Shown piece after piece: positions 36,479-50,202 of a stretch of DNA of 64,000 bases (its first letter is position 1; the number at the start of each line of letters is the position of its first letter). This stretch comes from Trichoplax adhaerens (taxonomy: Eukaryota > Animalia > Placozoa). The translations under genes and the position numbers were made by a program. Below the pieces are notes generated by a model. The model did no database searches and was not told where the DNA came from. It was given only the letters and a program-made list of their open reading frames with translations. The stretch covers positions 204,993 through 268,992 of the forward strand of contig NW_002060975.1 of NCBI RefSeq assembly GCF_000150275.1. The letters run 5' to 3'.

Positions 36479-39400
36479 ATTCAAATCATATATCAGTGTT
36501 GAATGTTTTTACCGATAACCAGAACGAAAACTAGAACCATCATGAATCAAAGCGTAGGGCCACAGAATGTTGATTTATTCTTTATCATGGCCGATCAAAG
36601 TTAAGGAGGCAATTAAATAGAAATTTATCTCTAAATTAGAATTAATTAATAGTTAGTAACCGCTTTTCACAAAGTAAATTTTTATCTTAACATTTAAATC
36701 ATTTCTGCCTGTCTATAGGTTGTTTCTGCTAGCTACGATAACAAATAAGTCTAACCGTTGATTAAAGTGAACGTTTGTACTTGCTGTATTTTTCTTGAAT
36801 GAATGAAATAATTAATTGGAAATCTATCATTCAATAATTTTAAAATGATTAATACTGATAAATTAGGTCAGAAATTTTCAGTTTCAACTCATTTGAAATA
36901 ATAGAGAAGTAGGAAGTTAGCGTAACTAGTAATCGAAGGATTGTTTGGCAATTTGCTCTATCCGTTTCCTATATAACTTTTTAACTCACCCTATCAATAG
37001 AACTTTAAAGGTAATAGTTTTATAATTTAACTGATGTTTGTGCGCCTAATTACGAGTACAGCTATTAAGTTGTTACATTTTCAAGTTACATATCACTAAC
37101 TTATAGACTTAGGCCTTACTAAAATAATTATAACTGTTTCTTTATAAATGAAAGATGATAATATTTCATGATATAATTACCTAATATTTTAAAAGAGAAA
37201 ATTTTGCTACTCGAATATCGCCAAAATCGGACAAGTTGAAGTGCACCATTTGGAGGGTCTAATTTTCCTACCATCTATAAAGTGGATCATATCATCGGGT
37301 GATCAAATTGGAAAAGATCTCTCCAACATTCTAGCGTGGATTTTAACGGCCTATTGTCTCAATCAAATAACATGCGTTATACCTGAAATATACATGTATA
37401 AATAAATGTCATTTCTTAATAACAATAGGAAAAAAGCCAATTGAAATTGTTTGAAATACGTAATTCAGATTGAAACTGTTTCATCATGTTACTTTAATGT
37501 AAATATAGTCGAAAACAATTCTAAAGGTATTTTTTATTATTTATATTTTTAATCTATATTTTTAACTCTATTTGATGTAAAAAGTCTTTCAGCTATTTAA
37601 TGGTTGCTAATGAATTATTCCAAATATGACTTAATTCTAATTAATCAATTCAATAAATTAGTAGGAAAATAATAATTGTAATAATGGTTATGAATTGATA
37701 TATAAATTCTATTCTAACCATAAAAGTGCACCTTTAAAATATATTCAAACAAGTCAATTACTTAAATTAAGATTGGCTAGGCTTACCAGTAGCCAAAAAC
37801 ACATTGCTAATACTAAGATTAAAATGTCGAATAACAGTGGCAATAATTCAATATCTGCATTAAATCAAATTTATCCTTGTATACACTGTATTTGGTGTTA
37901 ATTTAATATGGTCTTATGGCGTAGTTATTCCCATTGATTATTAAGCTGATATCGAAACGCGGTTGTCTTAAAGTGTCTCCAAAATATAAAGTAAGAGCTA
38001 CTATTTTAGTAAAACTATACTTTATCACATAAACTGGGTTCGATAACAATATTAAGTCTAGTCTACACTTAGCCCGTTGGGGCATACTTGGCTGTTGTAG
38101 CCTTAGTATTCGTACAGATTCAAAGACCCAGGTTTCCTTGTGGTGGGCTGAACACGACATATATACAATTAATTACAGTATTATTTTAAGCAAAAAATCA
38201 TGTCTTGCAATTTAATTGCAAGATCGAGTAAAATTCGATATCATACAATCTCTGTTAACTGTTATTTCTAATGAAATCCTTAAGGTGAATTGTTCATGAT
38301 ACCAAATTAATTTGTAATATACCAATATCTACAAGCCCAATATATTCATCCCTATAAAAAAACTGCTAAACGTAGCGTGAGCATCTATTAAAATAAATAG
38401 TAGTACGAATTTTACCATCAAAGGTATCACTTTATCTATTCTTTATGATATCATTTTTATCTTAAGCTAGTTTTCGGGGCAATGCTAATGATTACTTAAA
38501 ATTAATCAGTTATCTATCAATAGGACAACATCAAAATTATGTCAAATATTAAAGTATGTGTTACGATATTGTAATATCTTAGCCTGCAGCGGCTTAATGA
38601 AAACTATACTTTTAGAAAAGTCCTCCTAAAGTTAATCATATGGTAGAATTTTGCTAGCATTCTAGTAACGACGCCATCAATGTTCCAAGTACGCTAAATT
38701 ATTTCACTGTATATAGCTTCACTGAGGATAAACATTATGATAGCATATCCATCTTGGCACAATTTTAAAATCTTATTCAAGTAGCAAAAAGAGAAATTTA
38801 ATATTGGAAATTGACTTTTCGAAGGTTGCATTGATATTTTTACTATAGGCAATAGCGTACTGCAGTATTCTACTCAAAATCTTAAGCAAAGTATCACGAC
38901 CAATAGGTTTAACGTACATAATTATAGGTATAATAAGCATGCGTATCAGCTGACGTAAGCTTATACTTAGTTACGGTTACAAGTAATCAATTTCTAGCTG
39001 GATATCGGATTAATTAATTTTTGTGTTCGTTGACAACACTGAACCGTTAGTACAGAAATAGCATATACAATGAACGGATAGAATATTATTCCCTATCTAT
39101 TTATTATTAGCAAATAGAAGTAACACTATGTTATCATATTGAACATAAAATGCTAGCAAGGATAATATTACTTTTGTATAAGAATATCAAAAATTAATTT
39201 CGTAATATATTTTGGTAATGCAAGTATACGAGTATGATGCCGTCTTAAAATGTTGCTTACGTTAGAATAATCTGAGTGATCAATAGCATTATACTTGCAC
39301 TTGTTAAAACTACAGTAATATTTAATAAAATATTTAGTTAACATCTTTCTAATCGAATTGAAAGCTTTTTAAGATTCTAGCTTAGCTAATTTTAATTTTA

Positions 39401-42110
39401 GATCTTGAAAATGCATTTTAGGAGATGCTTTAACGCAATTTGGTAGTATTATTTTTACTCTTCAATTACACTTGAACCTATGTTGAAGGCCGAAGTCTAT
39501 TTACTAGAGCTCGTATATAATAAAGAATCGTTTTGATTTACTTATAGTGCAAAAGCAAAGATATTTAAATCATTTGAGATTAATAAAAGATTACGCTAGG
39601 ACTGAATCATATAATCTTGATTTCTTAAAATTGAGCTAAAAACATTAAAATCTAGAATATTTGCTCGTACATTGTCCTGTCTTAAGAGAAGCAGTAACAA
39701 TAATGGCACTTGTACTTTAATATCCTGTAGTCTATTAGGTAGACTCTATCATCTATTTGAATTTGTTTTACTTTAGATGTCAGGCAACAATATCCCCTAC
39801 TTTACTATTGCTATAAAATTAATTAATTATAATCTTCATCTACTACCTGAATTTTATCATCCGATTACCAATAATGTTCATTTTTACTAATGTGCAAATT
39901 ATTCAATTTTTAAGCCTCATTAAAATTTATAATGTTGACATTGGCACAATACTACAAAGATGTTTTGATTTTCTGATTTTATAACTTTAGCTGGAATAAA
40001 CATATTAAATTGGAGTAGAAGAAGACTTACTATATAACCGATTTTGAAGGATAAATCAGATTTAGGGTCAATGTTGCTTGCCTACAAAACTTAGGTATTA
40101 AACCTGAGACTAGAACGTATCGAAAACATTACTACTAAGCAGACGTTACAATAACAAGTGACAAAGATCTCTAATATTTAATAGGTTCGTAGAGCTAGAT
40201 TGAAAGTAGTTACCTGAATTTAAACACTGTCAAATTATAGCGCCGCGTAAATTTTAAGATTTCTTCGGTATGAACTAGCTGAGTAATACTCTAGTTATAA
40301 GTCCTAAGTACTTTAGAAAGTAATAATAATCTACTGTATATGATGCTTCTACAGTTCTAAGTATCAGAATAATTATCAGGTTTATCTTAGCCGGGTATCG
40401 TTTCTGGGTTCGACTGATTTTCAAGTAAGGAATGACTAGAAATAGAGTAGAGACTGTTAGATATGTGATTTGTATAAAATTGAGATCGATTGAAAATTGG
40501 CTAGGTCTGATTATCCGGTTTATTTTAGCCACTTTCGACTCTTCTTATGAGGGAAGAGAAGTAATTTGCGATGGACCTTTCAGAATGTAATTTACATAGC
40601 GGTTTAATAAACCTTTTGAATTTGAAGGCTATATCTATATTGGCTATTCTTGTTGTGAGACGAGATAGTGTTTTGCTAATTCTAGTAAATTGATCAAATA
40701 TAAGTGAAGTGAAGTAAGAGAGATCTACACAAATATATAGTTATCAGATTTTCCTATATTTGCCAATTACTTTCACAGTTTGTCTAATAATACAGTTAAT
40801 TACAAGTGCTGCAGACAGTCTTTTAACATTAAATTTATCAAGTAGAATTCTCTGCTATAGTATAGTCAGCGCCTTTCTAATACTTAAATCGAACTTAATA
40901 CATAAAAACAGAATCAAAATAATAATTGATTTAGCATTAGTAAAGATTATTAATGAAGTCGGTATACACTAATAATGATTAGTAAGTTTTGTAATATACC
41001 GCAACTGTTAGAGATGTTTTTTATTACAGTAGTTTAGCAATGCTAAAATTCTTCATCTCCTTCTTTACTTTTATTTATCCCATTTTCCGTTTCTTTCCAC
41101 TGAATTATTGAACTATGCTATCTTTTTACGCACTTAATAGGACTTTCAGTAATATCATAGCTAAGAAATTATTATTCTACAGTACTATATAGTAGTTTAA
41201 CTACTACCTATACAATCTCCAAAAAATAATACTTGATATTCCCGAATAATGCTACATTAAAATTCAACTACAAATAAGTTTGTCCATAATCCATAACTAT
41301 AGGGTGCATACTGGAACTAAGCTAGTACAATATCCATAAATTAGAACTGAGATGAAGCGATCAGGTTTACATTCTACCTACCTGCGTTACTATGACTTAA
41401 AAGCATTCGCTTCCTATAGGTAATAATTGCTTTTACAAGGAGTAGAGCTAGTATAAAGGAGAATTCTAAAATTAATTTTCATTAAACTCACTTTTCATCT
41501 TTTTCGAGCTAACACCCAGAGTATCATTCCAATTCACCGTTTAAATCCGTGATGCTTTAATTACTGGGAAACGAAGTTATACTAAACTTGTCCAGTACTT
41601 TTAGATAATAGCATGACTTAAATGGAATCCCTATTTTGCTGTTAGCTGGATGATATAATCAAAAATTGCTTTAAACATATCTATCTGCATTAACTAATTT
41701 CCTGACGAGAAGTTATGAAGACAAATATGTTACAGATGTATTCTTGGTTCTTCGCTTGCCGGAGAGTCAGCCACAGCAAAGTAACTTTAAGCTGGCAATT
41801 GTTTCCATTAACTTGATTTACTACTAAAGATTAATTTCATAAGGATAAAACTAAGATAATATGTTCTAGAGTTGATCATAATTTAGATTATCTGCGGGAA
41901 TGGTAGCAGCCATAAGGCAATTTTTATTTTATATGCTTAATATTTCCGATTTGACATCATCTGTTTCATTGTAGTGTAATTGTAGCTTCTCATTCGGATT
42001 GGATTTAAATTGATATACCAATTTCTTGATCGCTTAATGTCATGAAATAAATTTTCTAATTACGTGGAATTTTTAATCCTTTGGCACAATAGTCTGCAAG
42101 TATATTCTAG

Positions 42111-43142
42111 TCAAAGCTTAGAAGAATTTCTCTTAGAAGTTCCAGTTGGAGTCACACTAATGAAGCGACGATTTCCTCTTAAATTCTGAAATGGACACAA
42201 GTTTCGCACGAGTGCCAAAGATCTGCTCCTTACATTTACATCAAACTTTAAATATATAAATGGATTCAGTATAACAATCGATGTTGTCGTAATTATTGAA
42301 AAAAATAATAACAAAAATTGAACAACATTATTTTCACGAACCACGAAAGCTGATCGCTGAGTAACTGCCATGCCAATAGTACTTGCAAAAAATGGCCAAC
42401 TGATTATCACATAAGATATCGATATCCATGTTAGCATGTTTATGAATCGTTTCTTTTTAATTTGTTCTAGTTGTTGTTCATTTATATTTTTATCTCCCGG
42501 TCGATGATATGACTTCTGAAATGAGATAATAAGACTGTAGATGATTAATATTGCTGTAGTCGGGACAATATACGAGAAAGCTGCATGACATATCAAGTAG
42601 ATTGCTACGGGCTTAGTTATGTTTGGAACATCGCAGAGTATTGTATCGTTATGATGAACGCCGATATAGTAGAAAATAGGAGCGTTATTAGCTGCTGATA
42701 TAATCCATATTGCAATTTCGCCTACTACAAGTACGTAAACCTTGTAGTTGCGATAAAACGACGATAAAGGCCTAACGATAATAAAATATCGATCGATACC
42801 AATTAAGCATAAATTCATCATGGAAACTCCAAATGATGCCCATAGAAAAAAGAATACTGTTCGGCACATGAAGTTACCTTCATCATAATCTAGATTACCT
42901 CTAAAAATTTGAGAGTAGACCCCTAACGATGTGATTGTCGATATAATATCGGATACAACGGAAACACACATTAATCTATAAGTTGTCTTTCGAAAACGCT
43001 TATCAAAGATGAAGATACAAAGTATGAATAAATTAATAATTAACCCAAACCCGAATATCGGGATACTAACAAGAGCAGCATATTGATAAATTTGCGTCAA
43101 TGTGTGTAAGGAGATACTATCACTACTTGAGGCATTGATCAT
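42111..43142 (-). CDS. Single-exon class A orphan GPCR, array member 3
   Basis: 343-aa ORF, 7TM, IDRY, CDVP, SWPFF, NPFIY. Confidence 0.94.
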   Translation of the reverse strand: MINASSSDSISLHTLTQIYQYAALVSIPIFGFGLIINLFILCIFIFDKRFRKTTYRLMCVSVVSDIISTITSLGVYSQIFRGNLDYDEGNFMCRTVFFFLWASFGVSMMNLCLIGIDRYFIIVRPLSSFYRNYKVYVLVVGEIAIWIISAANNAPIFYYIGVHHNDTILCDVPNITKPVAIYLICHAAFSYIVPTTAILIIYSLIISFQKSYHRPGDKNINEQQLEQIKKKRFINMLTWISISYVIISWPFFASTIGMAVTQRSAFVVRENNVVQFLLLFFSIITTTSIVILNPFIYLKFDVNVRSRSLALVRNLCPFQNLRGNRRFISVTPTGTSKRNSSKL

Positions 43143-45062
43143 GTTTGAGAGGATTTATAATAGAATTTTGTTAACAGTTAGAAATAATAATAGATTATGT
43201 TGTAGTAAAACATACTATGAAAAGACTTCTGAAATAGTCTTCATTTATATCAATCAATTTTTAATTAGTCTAATTAATTTTTATAAAATCTTTACACGAT
43301 GCAACACAACTTGTGACACAGTTAGTAATTGGATAATAATATAAGTGCACTTCGTAAATAATTCTTCATCGTGATTTCTATCATATCGCTATGATGGAGA
43401 TTTTAAAGTTACTTATCCCAACATTGCTAGCTAGTAAATTGGATCTACAAATTTTTAATTCGTCGTATTCCTTCTTAAATGCCTTTATTAAAATGTTTAT
43501 GGAATACTTGGTCACCTAAAAAGAAAACAAATTATACTATCAAAATTAAGAAAATGTTTCATATTATTTAACACACTTGTTAATTATTAATCTTATTGAA
43601 ACACAAAATTTAATTTCCGCCTTCAACTAATAGCACTCGGAGCAAATAGTTTTATAGCTTTCTTACCAAGCATGTAATAAATGGGTTTTACAATCGCTTA
43701 CCTCATGACAGCCGTCATCTATAATCGCTTTATTAAGTGCCGCAGCGACTATTCTATATTAAATATGAGTGGTGCTTTACTATATTTTACCCGTATGCGT
43801 TTAAAAAAATTTACTACTGTAATTCGCTGAAATCACTCAGGGCTATATGTAGTTAATTCTGCTCTGTATAATGGCTATCCCGTATCTTTATATTTTACTA
43901 ATAACGAATTGTGCACGCATAAAAGAAAAAAACGGATGCGTATCTTTTCATAGTAAAATTAACAAATTTAGTCTATGAAAAGGATTCCGCTTTGTATGCC
44001 AGTCAATTATAATCAGGTATCGAACAATTAAACTGCAAGATGCTCATTATTTCTAACGTCCATAAAGATAAGTACTTTCAAGGATTAATTGAATTGTTAC
44101 TGATCTTCTCAAAAAAGATCATACAATTATAATGATCTATTATCAAAGCCAAATAAGACAGATTTATTTATACAAAATATAAGTACTTGAGCATGGATAC
44201 ATTCCATTTTTAGACATAGTACAACAATAGAATTTGAAATTATTTTAACTATAGTTTTGAACTGACAGATCACATTATTTTAAAGTAATGACAATTGCAA
44301 TTAATTCTAAAGCTACGTGACTGTTTTTTGCCTTTACTTTATTTTCTTAGATTTGATTTTATATTGAAATCGGTTGCAATACTTAATTGACCGTTATGAA
44401 TAGCGGAATCAATAATATGATCAGACAATAAAATAAATAAATTAATTTTATTGAGCAATATGAAATTATGAAATAATTTGAATTTTTCCTAGCTTTAAAT
44501 ACCTCTCTTTAAAATGTATCTGGTGCAGTTCATTAAATATCGTTGTTAGGATTAACTAGGCATAGGGAAGCATTTGTTGCGATTCTTTTGACCTGGTCAT
44601 CTTTCACTTAATTAAATATAATAACATAATTACTGAAAAAAACAAAAAACACTATTTAAATTATGCAAAACATTAAACTACTCATCGTAGAAAGAACTAA
44701 AGAAGTACAGCTACGTAGAGAGAAATTATTTTTTGCAGTATCGGTAGAGGGTTGGATCAAATTTTGGATAAAAGTATATTTTGAATATCAATGGAGATTT
44801 ATTTATGCTTTCGATGGGTAAATCGAGAATAGAACAGCTCATTGTTGCTTCTGACCCAACCAAAACTTCTACGGTTGTAGTTTATGGATATAATAGTAAA
44901 GTACATACTAATAACTGAACATAACAACTATTTATTGCATTTAATCCATTGCAGTTTGATTTAAAGCACTAAAAATAAAATGCAATATTTATATTCTCTA
45001 TGCTTAGTTATCATACTCACAGGTTGTTCATTAATGAGCAATCGCGGTCACATAATTCACTG

Positions 45063-45330
45063 AAAGTCTTCTGATATTTAAACTAACATGGTATCATTTG
45101 TCAAGCAAAGTAATCTTCTGACGTTCAAATGGACTTTCATATATATAAAATGGGCTCATATCAGTGATCATCGTTGTTATTATCAGGGTAAATTATGGTT
45201 ATCACTTTCAAATATTGTTCATTAGTAGTGCAAAAACGGTCATGGTGGTTACCGTTACAAATCGAAATTTGTAATAAGGAAAGCTAAAAGTTTTATAGAA
45301 ACTACACACTACAATTCTACCGTCAGGCTT
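45063..45330 (-). pseudogene. Decayed TM6-TM7-H8 fragment of the array GPCR family (relic A)
   Basis: Minus strand reads SFYKTFSFPYY...FTLIITTMITDMSPF, then after a frameshift IYMKVHLNVRR; compare intact SYITLSWPYF...FTVIITTSIVILNPFIYLKFDLNVR. Confidence 0.6.
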
Positions 45331-45650
45331 TGCCTCCCTGACATTTACACAAAGTACGACTTTAAATACTGACGATCTCTTATCGTTAGGAGAAATAGTA
45401 TCACAAGTTTGGTCTCTCTGAAACATAAATGAACCCAAATTTTATTTAAAAAGGTAGCCAATTTATAATAAATCTATATAAACATTAATTATCGATTTAC
45501 AGATAATATTATAAAGCTACGCAGTTATCTATCAAAGCAATGTATAACGTCATAGATAAATTAATATAAATACTGTATATTCCTAGATAAGCTATCTTAT
45601 GGAATCTCTGTTGCGACAGCTTCGCAAAAGCTATTCCGTAAAAATTACTA

Positions 45651-45930
45651 AAAGTCTTCTAATATTTAAACTGATATGATATCATTCGTCAAAGTAAAGT
45701 AAACTAGCAATCTTCTAACGTTCAAATGGATCTTGACGTATAGAGATATGGATTCAAGAGACTAATCATCATTGTAATTATCACAGTAAATATTGAAAAT
45801 TAAAAGTGCATCATAGGTTATCGTGCTACAGCTATATCAAAGCAGAAGTATTATAGCCCCACCTTCTGCTATACATATTATAATGTTATTGTGTGTAATA
45901 ATGCAACTATAAATGAATTTATTAAAAAGG
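45651..45930 (-). pseudogene. Decayed TM6-TM7-H8 fragment of the array GPCR family (relic B)
   Basis: Minus strand reads FSIFTVIITMMISLLNPYLY, then after a frameshift VKIHLNVRR. 45651-45791 is a diverged direct repeat of 45063-45193. Confidence 0.68.
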
Positions 45931-48900
45931 TTATTGGTAAAGTCTGAATAGTACAACTATCTATTTTCGGGCAAAGGTACGTAAATTGGTTAACTGCCTG
46001 CACTACAATACCTACGTAATTTACTATACGCGATATTTATTATTTTACTCAATGGCAATAGTATCTAGTATTCAGAATTTGTTGATTCTCAGAATAAGAG
46101 TAATGTTGGTATTTATGAATCGTTTAGTAGGTCGAAATAAGCAAAAGTTTATTGCAATTCCGTTTATATGATAGAATTCTTGAATGGGTTCTGTATTTAA
46201 AGTGTGATTGTCTTGATTATCCCGTTGTTTGTTGTTTACGTAAAGATCATAGTCATATGTAGACTAAATAGCATCTCAGTTTTCAGGACACATTTTAATT
46301 GTAAGAAAAAAAGATTATCTTGTTGAGAGCATTTTGTATAGTGATCAGTCGTTGATTTTCTATTACACGTTACTGTAAATAATGTATTCGTAGACTGAGT
46401 AATCATCGATTCTCCGAATCGGTTGGCTTTCGATGGCGCTGTAACAGGAGCAGATAGGAATACTTAGATTTCTTATTTTGTTCTAAAGACAAATTTATGA
46501 CAATTTTACTACTTTGCTACACAGTAGAAGTAGCATATATACCCTGTAGTGCGTTTTAAATAGTACATAGAATTAGGCAGACTGAGATCTAAGAATATAG
46601 GAAAAACAAAATCAAAAGATAATGTGTCGAATACGCTGTTACATTTAAAAATTTATAACAAAAGACTAAATAAATAGTAATTGATTGAAACAATTTTTAC
46701 GCTATGTCGACGTCCGAATATTTCAAAGTATCATAAATATAGCTGACTGTTTTCTCGCTTTACTACTATTTTACAGTAAACATCTTTTATTCTGAAATAC
46801 AGTGAAATTCTCTAGGCTATCAATGAAAACTGACCGTTTTCAGTGCACGTTGATAATTACTAATTCGAGCCAAGGCAAATAATAAAGAAATATACCGGTA
46901 AGCTGTCTTTACTTACTGCTGTTAGGTTGCACCGTTGCTTTTAGGTGATCCTTCGTAACTAAAAGACTATCTCTGTAATTTACTTTAAGCAAGGTTTGCT
47001 ACTGCTGTAATTCCAAATTACGCGTAGTGTAGCAATGTAATATTATCTTATGGTAGCCATAAGCCTTAATCAACTGCAACATTCAGTGTGTCTAAAAATA
47101 TTAAGGCAGATGATTAGATAGGTTATTTCACTGAATGATGTTAAGCATTCACTGAGAGATGAGACACTATAACATACAAAGTACAGCATTTAATAGCTCA
47201 GTTCTTAATTCCTGTCGTTGCTAACTGTTACAGTGTTAAATACTGTATTACAGTAGAAATAACTATGTTAGGATAATTCTGTTAGACTATCCTTATTTAG
47301 TTAACTTCTAATTTGGATATACTGTGTTTTAATATAGCACTGACTTTTTATGACAGTGACACTTATACACATACTGAAATTAATAGTTATAATAGGGAAT
47401 GCAAATCATCTACTTACAATTCGAATCATTATGATTGTAATTTACTTATGATAGACTGTAAATTATCATGGAAATGTTCCGTGATAGGACATATCGTAAT
47501 CTGACTATTCTGTATTAGTCATTACATGTCTATGTTCGTAAATACTGTTGTCTGCATTAAGGGAGCAGTAGCTAAAATTAATATCTAATTCAGTAAATGA
47601 TTCTAATGTTAATTGTATTAACTATGACTCATGAACTATTGAGGAGTAGTATATAAATGCAGTATATCGTGAAATAAAGAGAATTCTCCAACTTAGTGTT
47701 TAACGTAAAATACGAGGCGTTTAAGTCTTTGTGTAGTCTGCTAGTAGAGCAAAAGTTTTTGTGATAGTGCAGATATCGTTCCTTGATACGTGGTTCAAGG
47801 AATTGACTTATTGATCGTATATTGCGTTATCTTGTTGCAAAGCTGTTTTGTGACACTAACTTAGCGAGGTTTTCAGATAATTTACAAATCGTAATTAATA
47901 TTTCATGATTGTATCTGCTCACTAAAGGAACTAAAGCAAACTCTGAGAAATTATTTCGAACTATTACAACCGTAATTAACTACACCCTCATAACCTCAGG
48001 AAAATCACATCTTAAACTTCCTACATATAATAAAATTTACCAAACTAATTTCAATTAAATTATGTCCACGATCGAGAACCGTAAGATACTGGTGAAAGAA
48101 GATCTAAAATGCGCGTGAACCAAAATCCATAACTTAGAATTCAGATAATATAGAATGCGATCAGATTAACATTTTATTCCATCACAAAGTACCAAAATTT
48201 CTACTAAAATCCCAAAATAACATTGGTTGCTATTGCAAGCATTTATACTACAATCTTAAAGCTATTTACTCAGCTACATCTTCATAATTCATATAGACAA
48301 TTATGAAGTTATTAGGAATAAAAAATTTGAATTAAGCTTAATTAAACTAACATTACAGAGTCATAGTTTACTTTTTTGAAGCTAGTACATACAGTAGCGC
48401 AGAATTTCTAGTCAAAATTTTAATTATTCTAATTACCGTACGCTTCAGTTTTAAGTTATTTTCTTTCATAAAAAAATTTCACGTCTGTCCTATATCCATC
48501 TATTGAAGCTATTTTATGTTATGCAAAAAGGTTTTACAGCTTCATAATAATTGCAATAGATAAATTTAACAAATCGAAAGAAGTGTAATCAGGTTTATTA
48601 TTTCATGATTCAATCAATATTAATGAAATTTCCTTTATATCAATTTCAACTATTCACAAAATGATAACTATGAAGATATATACCGATATTTCATACCATG
48701 TGCACTTTTTATAGGAGAAGTGGACATCAAGAGGTGAATCATCATCGATTTATTTTTTCCAAAAGAAGTATGACGTTATTTTTCTCGCAATAGCGTAATA
48801 AAATTTTTTCATTTTTGTCGGATATAAATTGGTATGTTAACTTCAATCATTTACTAGCATGAAGCAATAGAGACTGTTACAATTGCGAAGAATTTTGAAT

Positions 48901-48970
48901 GCTACAGTACTATTGTTTGCAAACTTCATATTGCTTAGAGTTTGAAAGAATTCACCTTGGAAGATCTACT

Positions 48971-49120
48971 TTAAGCAACAGTAATTATACGATGCTTTTT
49001 TCTGAGATTATATAAGGAATTTAAGCGTCTAATAGCAGCCAAATATCTACTCCGAACATTTGTATCAAACTTTAAATATGTAAATGGATTCAGAATAACA
49101 ATCGATGTTGTAGTAATAAT
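48971..49120 (-). pseudogene. Stranded 3' end (TM7, H8, C-tail, stop) of a distinct array paralog
   Basis: Open 50 codons: IITTTSIVILNPFTYLKFDTNVRSRYLAAIRRLNSLYNLRKKHRIITVA*. It abuts the 3' flank of member 4 at 49121/49122. Confidence 0.88.
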
Positions 49121-49170
49121 AACGTGGAATTTTTAATCCTTTGGCACAATAGTCTGCAAGTATATTCTAG

Positions 49171-50202
49171 TCAAAGCTTAGAAGAATTTCTCTTAGAAGT
49201 TCCAGTTGGAGTCACACTAATGAAGCGACGATTTCCTCTTAAATTCTGAAATGGACACAAGTTTCGCACGAGTGCCAAAGATCTGCTCCTTACATTTACA
49301 TCAAACTTTAAATATATAAATGGATTCAGTATAACAATCGATGTTGTCGTAATTATTGAAAAAAATAATAACAAAAATTGAACAACATTATTTTCACGAA
49401 CCACGAAAGCTGATCGCTGAGTAACTGCCATGCCAATAGTACTTGCAAAAAATGGCCAACTGATTATCACATAAGATATCGATATCCATGTTAGCATGTT
49501 TATAAATCGTTTCTTTTTAATTTGTTCTAGTTGTTGTTCATTTATATTTTTATCTCCCGGTCGATGATATGACTTCTGAAATGAGATAATAAGACTGTAG
49601 ATGATTAATATTGCTGTAGTCGGGATAATATACGAGAAAGCTGCATGACATATCAAGTAGATTGCTACGGGCTTAGTTATGTTTGGAACATCGCAGAGTA
49701 TTGTATCGTTATGATGAACGCCGATATAGTAGAAGATAGGAGCGTTATTAGCTGCTGATATAATCCATATTGCAATTTCGCCTACTACAAGTACGTAAAC
49801 CTTGTAGTTGCGATAAAACGACGATAAAGGCCTAACGATAATAAAATATCGATCGATACCAATTGAGCATAAATTCATCATGGAAACTCCAAATGATGCC
49901 CATAGAAAAAAGAATACTGTTCGGCACATGAAGTTACCTTCATCATAATCTAGATTACCTCTAAAAATTTGAGAGTAGACCCCTAACGATGTGATTGTCG
50001 ATATAATATCGGATACAACGGAAACACACATTAATCTATAAGTTGTCTTTCGAAAACGCTTATCAAAGATGAAGATACAAAGTATGAATAAATTAATAAT
50101 TAACCCAAACCCGAATATCGGGACACTAACAAGAGCAGCATATTGATAAATTTGCGTCAATGTGTGTAAAGAGATACTATCACTACTTGAGGCATTGATC
50201 AT
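49171..50202 (-). CDS. Single-exon class A orphan GPCR, array member 4 (near-identical to member 3)
   Basis: 343-aa ORF differing from member 3 at I27V, L113S and V193I. Confidence 0.88.
   Translation of the reverse strand: MINASSSDSISLHTLTQIYQYAALVSVPIFGFGLIINLFILCIFIFDKRFRKTTYRLMCVSVVSDIISTITSLGVYSQIFRGNLDYDEGNFMCRTVFFFLWASFGVSMMNLCSIGIDRYFIIVRPLSSFYRNYKVYVLVVGEIAIWIISAANNAPIFYYIGVHHNDTILCDVPNITKPVAIYLICHAAFSYIIPTTAILIIYSLIISFQKSYHRPGDKNINEQQLEQIKKKRFINMLTWISISYVIISWPFFASTIGMAVTQRSAFVVRENNVVQFLLLFFSIITTTSIVILNPFIYLKFDVNVRSRSLALVRNLCPFQNLRGNRRFISVTPTGTSKRNSSKL

Noticed and set aside
40228-40730. LTR-like stretch with AATAAA at about 40606
   Set aside because: No convincing TG...CA pair with a target-site duplication
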